From contig JAQIBE010000263.1 in assembly GCA_027859235.1 (NCBI GenBank), positions 3,568 to 67,567 on the forward strand: a stretch of DNA of 64,000 nt, read 5' to 3'. Position numbers and translations under genes: made by a program. Below are positions 47,090-56,682 of this stretch, in pieces. The notes beneath the pieces are model-generated. The model was given only the letters and a program-made list of their open reading frames with translations. It ran no database searches and was not told the origin of the DNA. Every line of letters starts with the position of its first letter. Position 1 is the stretch's first letter. The DNA comes from Desulfobulbaceae bacterium (GTDB lineage: Bacteria; Desulfobacterota; Desulfobulbia; Desulfobulbales; SURF-16).

Positions 47090-47266
47090 ATATATATTTT
47101 AACATGATCAATTACTGAAAATCCACACCAAGAACAGTAACCCCTCGCAGCATTTTTGTTGCTCTTGTTCATCTCTGGTCTTCGAGCAACTAAGGGTCAA
47201 ATCTTTATTGTTGACACTTGCAACCAACACGCTGAAATCAGAAAAGAAAGTTACGCTTTACATTAC

Positions 47267-47310
47267 GAAAGGCAATTGAGGTTTTTACCTTAATTGCCTT
47301 TCGTTGTTTT
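47267..47310 (+). terminator. strong orphan rho-independent terminator
   Basis: GAAAGGCAATTGAGG-ttttt-ACCTTAATTGCCTTTC followed by GTTGTTTTT. No annotated ORF ends here. Confidence 0.6.
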
Positions 47311-48108
47311 TAGAGAGAGTTCTGGGGGCCAGTATATCTAACTCCTCGCCTCGCCTTTTCTAATCGCAAGTCTGAGAATTCGGAGCGTTTGCCTGTAGAC
47401 TTCAGCCGCTGTTAGTTCGGAGTAAGAAATTACCATATAATCATGTGTCGATTTGATCGAGGACGTTTTTGATGCCACTTCAAAGATCTTATTTTCTCAA
47501 ACTGTCCTCGGATTAACCTTCCTACTGTGAATGTCAGATTCGATAATGCCTTCCCACCAGAACTGTAGAGCTTAAGGATAGAATTTTCTGAGGGGAAAAG
47601 ACGAGCACCCTCCATTAGAACGGTCGCACAGGATGACCTCTTAGAAGGTTAGACTGAGCATGACACCAACTGCTTTTGGCGCATACAGCTGCACGAGTGA
47701 ACGTACTGTCGTCAACTTATTGACTTTTACAGCTGAAACCGACCGATATATTTAAGATAATATACATAATCTTAAATATATTCATTGCTCACTGCAGCAG
47801 TGAGCAATATTAAAGACAAAACATATGACATTGACAGTCTATATACAGTAGTAACCTAAACTTGGGCTTAGTTGAGAAATTCCTGAGGTTGGATATGGCA
47901 ATGTTAACGCTTCAAACACTGGCAGAAAGCCGCAGGTTTACCGTCCATGTGCTTTGACTGGTTATGTTCCATTTATAGGCGACCTCCATCAATTTATGCG
48001 TGTCCTGGATTTTTTGTCTCTCAAGCGCAAGGCCATGTGAAATATGTGACCTGCCCCCTTTACCTGCTAATTTCTCAGCTTATTGGCCGGATGTGGATGT
48101 TGAGCTAC

Positions 48109-51100
48109 CTACCAGTCCGACTTGTTCGGATAGTTCACGCGACCCTTGAAGTACTTCACGTTGAGCGACTTATCAATCAGCACGACACCAATAGAATGCG
48201 AAAACCGCCCTCTGCTTCGATAGGTCTCTTTCTCATAACGCTGAAGGTCGAAGAGCAATAGTAGCTCCCTGTCGTACTTCATCAGCACTTTCTTAAGTAC
48301 GCTTGATTTGCAGAGAAGCCTCAGCCCCGGATGAGGGCCGTCTTCTTGATTGGTTTCATCGCGCCCCCAGGCCTCGGCCCAGAGCGATAGCATCTCGTGA
48401 TTGTTATCCCAGAAACGTCCGAATGCATCCTGCCGTGTCAGCTTACATAACTCCGAATAGTCTTGAGCAAGACGCGGTCGAAGATTAGCGACCGAAACGC
48501 CATGTGGATCATGTTCATCCAGACGGGTTTCGCCGGATGGGCAGACAATCCAAGGTGAGTACTCCTTCTTCTCGCTGCGAAGATATTCGTCATCGTCTTC
48601 GCAGCCCTGGAAAGTAGGTACATAGGCCAGTATGGGCTTTTCGCGGATGAGCTTTCTCGCAAACTGCGCAGCCCTTTTGGGCGAAACAAGCGCAGAGGAT
48701 AATCTGACTTCAACACCATCGGATGAATACCATCTGCCCTGAATAATCAGTTCCCTGTCAATCCCTTTTTCAATGTCGAGGGCGGCGAGTCCAATAATCT
48801 TCTTCTGATCGCCGGTTATCGCGAGCCCCTTCTTCTTAGATTCAAGCAGCCTCACAGAGGCGTCATCAGGCGTCCTGTCCGTTCCATCGGAAAGCCATAA
48901 GCCATCCTTGCGCGTAAGTCCGTAGCGGCCGAGCCACTCTCCCCAAGGGTCGTCCTCGTACCACCAGTCGTCGGTTACAGGATGGGCGGCAAGCAGCTTG
49001 CCAGCAGCGATGAATAGAGCATGCCAGCCGAGCTGTTGCCCATACCCGTGAAAGCGGGTCGTCATTTCATGAGAACTTCGCCCTCGCGACTCGCGGCCGC
49101 CATCCTCATACATATGCGTCATTGACGGATCGCTCTTTTGTACGATGCCCGACATCATGTCATCAACTTCCCAGCAGCCCTTGCCGAACACTTGGCTGAG
49201 GCTATCAACGTCATGCTTCTTAAATTCGTACTCCAAATGAAACCGAAAGGGCGGCTCGGGTACTGTCTTCGGACGGCCCTGGTAGAAGCCGCCGCCGTTG
49301 CGGCTCTTCTTTCGTAAACGCGGATGCGGGGACTTGTCGGCATTACGCACAAGCTTGAGCGTGGCTGCGTCAAGCGCCAGTTTGCTGCGATCTACACAGG
49401 CAAGAAGCGCTTTGGCGGCAAAGTGGCGCATAAGCACATGCGGCTCGTCTTTTTCCATGATGACAGCCAGGAGTAGATCCTTGTAACGCGCCACCTGATC
49501 GGGATGATCGATAGCGGCCCGCGCTAGGGTGATCAGGAGCCATAGCCGTGCATGCAGGTAATAGAACACGAGCTCTGGTGCCTGAAACGGTTCAGCAGTC
49601 TTCGTGTCGAAGGCGGCAACAACCGTGTCGACAATGCCCCAGCGCCCGAACTTTGCAAATCGGCGTATGCAGTGAGCCGCGCGCCATCTGTCAACCGCAT
49701 GTGGCGAACCGATGACACGCCATATTAGCCCAGCAGCGATTTCGTCGAAGTCATTTACTGGGTAGCAGCCAGCTTTCCACGAGCCGTCTGTTACGTTGTC
49801 GGCAATCCGTGCCGAGTCACTCGACAGGAGGCGCTTCAGCGCAAGCTGCCCCTGCCCTTCATCCGCTTCCGGGCATATGAAATTTGCGAACGCAAGCCAT
49901 ACTGATCCGGCGACGGTGCTATCAGGACGTGAGTAGACCTTTATCACCTCAACGACGAGTTCGGCCATGGGCACGCCCGTGAACTCGGATATCTCCTTAA
50001 TATTCGCCCCCGAGAATCGACCGTCATCGACCAAATCATCGGCATGGGCAAGAATCAGAGGCTGTGCCAGGCTCCTATAGACACCCGCAAGCGCCGCGGA
50101 TGATCCGCCCCAGGCTTCCTTCGCATCTTTCAGTTCTGTGAATTTCCAGTAGAAAAACAGATGCTCCAGATTGGCAACATTGCGAATGTATTGACCGCGC
50201 GCAGCAAAGGGCACTTTGGCACGCAGCGCAGAAAAGAAGCCGCCTTTTAGATCATACATATTCCCCAGCGCATTAAATCCGTCGATGGCCTTTACAAGCG
50301 ATGCCTCGTCAGTCGGGGCCGTCGCTTCGGCTATACGAACGAGTGCATCCTTGTTTTCACTGTCACGTTTGGCAGCTTCTCTACGCATCTTCGGATCTAA
50401 GTCACTGCTACTATCATACGCAGTATTGCGCCCTTGCCTTGCGGTCTCGTATCGGTCCCGCGCGGCTTTCAGGTGCTTAGTTAGATCATGCGATGCACTC
50501 AGCGCTTCGTCAGCCAGAGCGTAAAGTGTCTCGACAGTCTCGTCACTCGCTATCGTCGGATTGTCATCCTCGAACTGTGTTATCAGCTCCGTAATCACTT
50601 CGGCATCCGGCCCGGCTTGCTGGCGCAGCGCTTTCGAAAATTCTTTTGTGCCCGCAAAGAAATACTCCGCGGGTTCGGCAAGACGGTTAATACAAAGTGC
50701 ATCCTTCGGATCGATCTTTTCCGCTTCGAGCATGCCCGTAAGATAGGTGAGAAGCGTGTTGTTCAGAGCTACCCTGTTGCGGTCATCCCAGCGACTGAGC
50801 TTGGCCAGGCCACGCATCCCGGCTGCCTTTGCCATGCCGCGACCGTACGCACCCCAGAAAAACTTCTCGGGCTCCTCCCCCATATTGAGTTCGCAGATAT
50901 TGCTCAGCGTGTGAAAGTCACGTTCTTCCAGTTCGTCACCTTTCATCTCCGATGCGAACAAGAGCAGCTCATTCGTGAACAGGTAATCACCCGAACCGAT
51001 TGCATCCATCTGCTCCAGACCATTCCGGAAGTACGCAGCAGCCTCATCGAGGCTGGCTGGAAGTATTGCCCGGCCAAGAGTGCCAAAGAGAGATGCCCGA

Positions 51101-54100
51101 TAGGTAACGTCATCCTCTTTTTCGATCATCGCGCGCGCCGTTACGGCCTGCTCTCCTGCAATCGAGTGCAGCGGGGTTCGTTGCGCGAGAATCGCAATGA
51201 TACGAACCAAGTCACTGGCGTTGCTCATATGGGCGTGTACGGCCGTCAGCATGCGCTCTATGGACTGTGGCTTCAGCTCGCTGTGAGACCACAATGTGAA
51301 GAGAACAGCGTCAAGACCCAAGAATTGAAAGAAGGGATCGATATCCCCAACCCGGTAATGGTCGCGATTCTTTCGAGTCTGCTCCCAGGCTTCCACAAGC
51401 TCGACAAACCGCTTGTCGATGGTCCGCGCCGATGCCGTGAGTGCAGCCGACAGTGCCTCTGTGAGAGTAAGCAGCGGCTCCAGGCGGATGTCAAGAAAGC
51501 GCTCAGCAGCCTGCTGTTCATCATAGCTAATGGCATTAGTCGGCACGTTCTTGGTCTGTCCATCATCGTAACGCGGCTTGCGCGGAAGCTTGGAGAGCTG
51601 CTCCTTGGCCTTCTCTCGGAAGATTTTTCCAGAAATGGTCTTCGGAATGCGCGCGCAGACCGATACGAGCTCCTTTGGTAGTAGATCCTTCTCGTGAATA
51701 GCGCGCTTCTTTGCGGCAGCAAGCAGGGCAATCCGGAATATATAAACGAAGACATCGGTGCGGCTGAACGCGTCACGGTATGCCCAGATTCCGGGCCGGT
51801 CATGCCGCGCTCTTAGTGAAATAGATTGAGCCTCAGCGCCGAGGCCCAACGAGAGCGCGACGACGGCCGACTTCCTCAGGCCGTCTTCGAGTTCGTAGTT
51901 CTTGCGGCTTGAGTATCTTTGCGGCAAGTCAAGCTTCGTCACCTTCTTGCATAGAGCGGCAAGTTTTACGCAAAGCGGCTTGCGTCTAGAGTTCGCCAGC
52001 TCGTGAAACGACAAAGCAGCCGCAAGCGGACCGATACTGGAGAGCGCATCGATGAACTGGCCAGCCCGGCGAGCGGGCTGCGTTCCTAGCAAGGTGGCAA
52101 GATGCGTGTATCCGAGGACGAGCTGAGAGACTTCAAAGGCATACCAATCCCGCCAACCTGTGAGGTAGCTGGCCGCACCTTCTGTGCGACCTTCCGAGAT
52201 TAGAAAGAAACTTGAGGCAGCGATGTCGGCCTGGTCAGGAACCGGTCCACGATCAAAATCTTTCCGCTCTGTGCGCCGGTAATGCTGTATCCACTCTTCA
52301 TTTGCATGGGCATGACGGGTCGCCTCTGCCAGATCACCCGATAAAACATTGACGATAGTAAGACGCGCATGTCGGGTTCCTGGCCAAGCCGTTCTTATTT
52401 CAAATAGTCGCCGCCGGGCGTCAACATCTTCGGCAGCAACGACAAGATCAGGATGTTCCAGCAGGTAATCGGCTCCACGCTGATCAACCTCGGCTATGGT
52501 CGATAGCTCGACGAGCAGCCGCACAAGGCTGTTGTAGTCAACCTTGAGAGCCGCGTGCAAAGTGGCTGCCTTAAGCCGGGAATATTGAATATTGCGCTTA
52601 CCAACAGTGCTGGTAATTGAGGCGGGAATACGATCATCGAAAGCAAGTGCGAACAGACGCTCACCATCATCAAGTTCGTGTAACAGACGCGGAAGCGCAC
52701 GGGCTGCATACACCGACGCATCCTGGCGAGCAAGGAGATTGGATGCTACACGCTCAAGCGCATCACGTGATGTCGCGTATCGCTTGTGAATCAGCGTTTC
52801 CGTTGGCTCATCACGGAACATGAGCCCATGATTGGTGCGCTCCAGTAGAGGGCTCAGGTCTGAAGCAAAGCTCTCAATGGCGGCGAGATCCATGCCATGA
52901 GCGGCGGCATACTCATCCACCGGCACCGGCGGAGGAAGCACCGCCAGCCCTGCAAGAAAGGCACTGAGGTCATTCTCCTCATAACCTTGCTTTGTGGCCA
53001 AAGAGAGTGCATCCGTGATTCTTTGTTGAATCAGGTCATCCAGCTCAATGTCCTTGTTGACCTCGGATGGATCGAGAAGGCCACGACCTGCCTTGATCAG
53101 GTAATCCAGCACACGCGGATTCCCGCCGGACCGGGCGTGCGCGACGTTTACTTCTACGTTCGTGACGCTTTTTAGGCGCGCGCGCAAAAACGCGGCCGTT
53201 TCATCCTTGGTAAACGGGCATAGTTCGAATTCATCGAACTTGGCGTAGGTTTTTGGCTTGCGTTCTGTACGGCAGGATACGATTAGGTTTACGCCGTCAA
53301 TCGGTTCCGTATCGATACTCTCCAGCAGCTTGATGGGAAAGCAGTCTTCGCTTGCCTGACCGGCAGCAAAGGCTGCATTGTCGATGGCATCGATAAAAAT
53401 CGCCAGCTTGCGTCCTGGCATCATGCGCGAGATGGTGTTCAGGCACTGCGTAAGGCGGCGGCGGAATGTGCTGAGCAAAGTGTGCACATCAGGACTGTCC
53501 GGTAGCATCGGATCGCAGAGGCCGCGAAATGCCAGTGTATTCGCAATATGAATAAGCCCCTTTTTGGGTAGGTGTCGCGCGTCTTCCGGAGAGCGGTAAG
53601 CACCGCCACCAAAACAATCGAAGAAAACAACCTCGTGGTCCGTGGCTATCTTCGAGGCGAGCGAATCCATAAAGACTGTCTTGCCCACGCCACCGGTCGC
53701 ATGAATGAGAAGCGGCGTTGACGTGCTGCCGATGCGGGTCATGGCCTCGCGGAGCTGTTCCCGCGCCAGTACTTTGTCGACACCGGCGATGGCCGCTTCA
53801 CAGGGAAGCAGGTCCTTCGGGGAACCGATCTGAAGAGCGGCCAGCACGTCAGTGCGTCTGATCAGATTTCGGTCGGTACCAGCATAACCGGCTTTGTCGC
53901 GGACAAGTTCCCGAAGCTTCCCGAGCCGGGCGGCAGCAATCGGGTCACTCGTGGCAGACCAGTCAACGAGCAGGTTGGCAAGTTCGCCCTTTGTTTGCGG
54001 CAGGCTTCCGGAGCGGCCAATGATTTTGAGCTTTCGTGCAAATGCCGCCAGTGGCTTTCCCGACAAACCGGAAGCGGTCTCGAACTGCTTCGCCTGCTCC

Positions 54101-54588
54101 TTAACATCGCCAGTTGGGTTTGCTCCCGTTGCCGTAGCATCTATGGCTTGAAGCAGTAAATCGCTGATTGGCTGGTTTGTGACGAGCTGAAAGTCGAGTT
54201 TGTCTTCGACCGCTTTGGCACCGTACTTGCGTTTAAATGAGCGGTAAGTCTCGCCAAACTTTTCTACTGTCTTCTTTGCGTGAGAGGCACGGAAATCCTT
54301 GTTCTGATTAGCGATGGAGTATTTGAACTGGGCAAATGTCGTTCGGACGGCATTCTCGAAATTTGGCCGTGGGCCGTAGTAGAACGTCAGGTCAGCGACC
54401 TCGACTGTAGCAGCGGACGCCCCGGTCTGATCGTCAGGTGAAGGCCCTTCAACGGCGATTGCGGTCAGGTCGGTGTCGGGCCATAGCAACTGCGTCGCTT
54501 TACGCGCCGTCCAAGCCTCGTGAAACTCATGGCCGTCCCGCGATGCCCTGACTTTATCAATTTTTTTACTTCGTCTACCAAGCCCCAT
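48109..54588 (-). CDS. giant STAND/NACHT-like P-loop NTPase (Avs-like architecture) with a possible N-terminal nuclease-fold effector and a long helical-repeat C-terminal region
   Basis: 2159 aa in a GC-rich block. Walker A is LLIHATGGVGKTVFMDSLA and Walker B-like is LAIFIDAIDNA. The N-terminus SRDGHEFHEAWTARKATQLL ... VEVADLTFYY ... FAQFKYS is reminiscent of PD-(D/E)xK Cap4/DUF4297-type domains, a low-confidence recollection. Confidence 0.7.
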   Translation of the reverse strand: MGLGRRSKKIDKVRASRDGHEFHEAWTARKATQLLWPDTDLTAIAVEGPSPDDQTGASAATVEVADLTFYYGPRPNFENAVRTTFAQFKYSIANQNKDFRASHAKKTVEKFGETYRSFKRKYGAKAVEDKLDFQLVTNQPISDLLLQAIDATATGANPTGDVKEQAKQFETASGLSGKPLAAFARKLKIIGRSGSLPQTKGELANLLVDWSATSDPIAAARLGKLRELVRDKAGYAGTDRNLIRRTDVLAALQIGSPKDLLPCEAAIAGVDKVLAREQLREAMTRIGSTSTPLLIHATGGVGKTVFMDSLASKIATDHEVVFFDCFGGGAYRSPEDARHLPKKGLIHIANTLAFRGLCDPMLPDSPDVHTLLSTFRRRLTQCLNTISRMMPGRKLAIFIDAIDNAAFAAGQASEDCFPIKLLESIDTEPIDGVNLIVSCRTERKPKTYAKFDEFELCPFTKDETAAFLRARLKSVTNVEVNVAHARSGGNPRVLDYLIKAGRGLLDPSEVNKDIELDDLIQQRITDALSLATKQGYEENDLSAFLAGLAVLPPPVPVDEYAAAHGMDLAAIESFASDLSPLLERTNHGLMFRDEPTETLIHKRYATSRDALERVASNLLARQDASVYAARALPRLLHELDDGERLFALAFDDRIPASITSTVGKRNIQYSRLKAATLHAALKVDYNSLVRLLVELSTIAEVDQRGADYLLEHPDLVVAAEDVDARRRLFEIRTAWPGTRHARLTIVNVLSGDLAEATRHAHANEEWIQHYRRTERKDFDRGPVPDQADIAASSFFLISEGRTEGAASYLTGWRDWYAFEVSQLVLGYTHLATLLGTQPARRAGQFIDALSSIGPLAAALSFHELANSRRKPLCVKLAALCKKVTKLDLPQRYSSRKNYELEDGLRKSAVVALSLGLGAEAQSISLRARHDRPGIWAYRDAFSRTDVFVYIFRIALLAAAKKRAIHEKDLLPKELVSVCARIPKTISGKIFREKAKEQLSKLPRKPRYDDGQTKNVPTNAISYDEQQAAERFLDIRLEPLLTLTEALSAALTASARTIDKRFVELVEAWEQTRKNRDHYRVGDIDPFFQFLGLDAVLFTLWSHSELKPQSIERMLTAVHAHMSNASDLVRIIAILAQRTPLHSIAGEQAVTARAMIEKEDDVTYRASLFGTLGRAILPASLDEAAAYFRNGLEQMDAIGSGDYLFTNELLLFASEMKGDELEERDFHTLSNICELNMGEEPEKFFWGAYGRGMAKAAGMRGLAKLSRWDDRNRVALNNTLLTYLTGMLEAEKIDPKDALCINRLAEPAEYFFAGTKEFSKALRQQAGPDAEVITELITQFEDDNPTIASDETVETLYALADEALSASHDLTKHLKAARDRYETARQGRNTAYDSSSDLDPKMRREAAKRDSENKDALVRIAEATAPTDEASLVKAIDGFNALGNMYDLKGGFFSALRAKVPFAARGQYIRNVANLEHLFFYWKFTELKDAKEAWGGSSAALAGVYRSLAQPLILAHADDLVDDGRFSGANIKEISEFTGVPMAELVVEVIKVYSRPDSTVAGSVWLAFANFICPEADEGQGQLALKRLLSSDSARIADNVTDGSWKAGCYPVNDFDEIAAGLIWRVIGSPHAVDRWRAAHCIRRFAKFGRWGIVDTVVAAFDTKTAEPFQAPELVFYYLHARLWLLITLARAAIDHPDQVARYKDLLLAVIMEKDEPHVLMRHFAAKALLACVDRSKLALDAATLKLVRNADKSPHPRLRKKSRNGGGFYQGRPKTVPEPPFRFHLEYEFKKHDVDSLSQVFGKGCWEVDDMMSGIVQKSDPSMTHMYEDGGRESRGRSSHEMTTRFHGYGQQLGWHALFIAAGKLLAAHPVTDDWWYEDDPWGEWLGRYGLTRKDGLWLSDGTDRTPDDASVRLLESKKKGLAITGDQKKIIGLAALDIEKGIDRELIIQGRWYSSDGVEVRLSSALVSPKRAAQFARKLIREKPILAYVPTFQGCEDDDEYLRSEKKEYSPWIVCPSGETRLDEHDPHGVSVANLRPRLAQDYSELCKLTRQDAFGRFWDNNHEMLSLWAEAWGRDETNQEDGPHPGLRLLCKSSVLKKVLMKYDRELLLLFDLQRYEKETYRSRGRFSHSIGVVLIDKSLNVKYFKGRVNYPNKSDW

Positions 54589-54936
54589 ATTTCATTCCAA
54601 TACACTGAGACCGGCTATGAATGACAACCGGAAGTTAACTGCTTGAGCACTACCATTTGCTCCACGAATGCCACATGCTCCTCAACAATCAGGCAAGAGC
54701 AGTTTGGCCGGAATTTTGACGCCGACAGCTAAGGGCACCCCTCTACAACCGGTCGTAGCTGATCGCAACTGGACACATAACGCCAAAGTTAACCCGCCAG
54801 CCGACCAGTTTGGTAATTAATTTTGCGCATTGTAATTTGTTGAATCTGGCTCAAGAAATCGCGCGTGCTCGCTGGTCGGCGTTGAACGCATTGTTCGGCT
54901 CGTCCTTGCACTTGAGTTTATATCTGCCTAATCTAT

Positions 54937-55863
54937 TTAGTAGATTTCCTCTTTTATTAGGCCTACACACGACAGGTTGATGACAGTTAACATGTTATCG
55001 CACATATGCTCGATTCCCATCAATGTTGATAAGTCAGGTGCGAACTTCTCTCCTTCTTGAAAGATATTGGGGAATGGACACCATGGTTGTGATGTTAATT
55101 TTGCAAATTCTTCGGTAACTAAGGGTTCATTATGGACTAATAAATTTCTTAGATGAGCGACAGTGTCGAGAGATTCTGCTACTCCATTTAATAGTTCGCC
55201 CATACCTCCCATTGAAAGTTTTGAAATTTGAATATATGAACTGAAGACTTTTTTTATACCATCATAAGCTTTTTTTCTGTGCCAAGTATTTAACCTTTCT
55301 GTCCATTGAATATCCCATTCTTTATTTAGTTCAGGATCTTCATTTTTTGTTCTATATAGCTTCCTTAAATCTCTAAACTGTTTGCCACGTAGAAGTGATG
55401 ATGGATTGTGGTTAAGAAAAATTTTATAAGATATAAATATATACTCTTCAATAGCACTATAAATCTCAATAATCCCATTTTCTGCAATCAAAGGTTGTAT
55501 AGTCTGATAGTTATCTGCTACTTCATCGCCATTCCATAAAGCGATTTTTGATCTGCCCATTGTTTTATCTTTCTGAACTCTAAATGAATCAATCCAAAAT
55601 TTTCCATTCTTTTTAAAATCATCATCAGAATATCTCTCGATAGCTTTTTCTATAGAATTGAGGCAAAGTGCCCATTTTATATATGCACTTCTAAATTTTG
55701 CTCGCCAATCACCTATTTGTTCTGTTGTTTCATTTAACCATTTTTGCCCTGCGGTTAGCGCAGGTACTATAATATTATTTGGACTGACAAATTCTGGTAA
55801 ATCAGTAGCATTTATATATTTATGTCCTACAAAATCTACTCTTTCTTTCATTCGCTTTCCCAA
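54937..55863 (-). CDS. HEPN-motif protein (putative RNase/abortive-infection-type effector)
   Basis: 308 aa at about 33% GC. AHLRNLLVHNEP contains an R-x4-H HEPN signature near the C-terminus. The protein is otherwise unrecognised. Confidence 0.5.
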   Translation of the reverse strand: MGKRMKERVDFVGHKYINATDLPEFVSPNNIIVPALTAGQKWLNETTEQIGDWRAKFRSAYIKWALCLNSIEKAIERYSDDDFKKNGKFWIDSFRVQKDKTMGRSKIALWNGDEVADNYQTIQPLIAENGIIEIYSAIEEYIFISYKIFLNHNPSSLLRGKQFRDLRKLYRTKNEDPELNKEWDIQWTERLNTWHRKKAYDGIKKVFSSYIQISKLSMGGMGELLNGVAESLDTVAHLRNLLVHNEPLVTEEFAKLTSQPWCPFPNIFQEGEKFAPDLSTLMGIEHMCDNMLTVINLSCVGLIKEEIY

Positions 55864-56496
55864 ATAAATATATAGTTAAAAACAGCTTTTGGTTAATTGA
55901 TTTATTAAAGCCGAACATTGTCAATACATAGAAAATGTCCATAGTATCATCCTATATCTGGACTGTTTTTCCGCCTATTCTGATATCAAGACTGGTTGTA
56001 TGGAAAAAGCTGTCCACTTATTACCGCAGTATCGATATTTTCCAGTTATTCACAGATAAGGATGTAATGTGGAAATAGTAGTTTAATCTTGTTGCCTCAC
56101 ATTCTTACGGAAACTAACCCCATCTTTGCTATTAATCAATCAGGACAATATATTATGAGCAAATAGCATAGGGAACCAATGCCAATCTTAACCATTTAAG
56201 AAAAACGGCCAGTTAACATTGTTCCTGATTATCTCTTCCCGATAAATTCATGAGCAAATTCTACTTTTAATCCGCTATTTTTCGGGGGGATTACCTTATC
56301 AATTATTTGTTGCGCCCCCCTTTTAAATTTCCAGACGTTGCCGTATTGTCTTTTCATTTTATAGCTAATCATCTAATTGAAGTGTTTAACTATTTGAATT
56401 TTTAGGGATTAATGAGTACTCTCGTTTTGTTAGGAGTAGGTCTTTTATATTTAGGGGCTCGGTGATGAATCTTTAGATATATGTTAACTTTTTAAC

Positions 56497-56682
56497 ATGG
56501 AAGATCGCTGGTTATCTGTTGAAGAAATAGCCAAATACTTATGTGTCAGCAAAGACACCATATCCAACTGGATCAATTGGAAAAATATGTCTGCTCATAA
56601 AGTTGGACGGTTATGGAAGTTCAAGCATGAAGAAGTTGATGAGTGGGTGAAATCAGATGGAGCTGCAGAAAGTGACAGATAG
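56497..56682 (+). CDS. excisionase/MerR-type helix-turn-helix DNA-binding protein
   Basis: 61 aa. WLSVEEIAKYLCVSKDTISNWI...AHKVGRLWKFKHEEVDEWV is the classic HTH_17 pattern. It overlaps the brxA start. Confidence 0.8.
   Translation: MEDRWLSVEEIAKYLCVSKDTISNWINWKNMSAHKVGRLWKFKHEEVDEWVKSDGAAESDR

Noticed and set aside
50488-51681. A 397-aa plus-strand ORF inside the 2,159-aa gene. Other antisense ORFs also fall here (50216..50524, 51273..51803 and others).
   Set aside because: Long antisense open frames are expected in GC-rich coding DNA. The translation is Arg/Leu/Cys-rich with no motif. The minus-strand frame carries the P-loop and is continuous.
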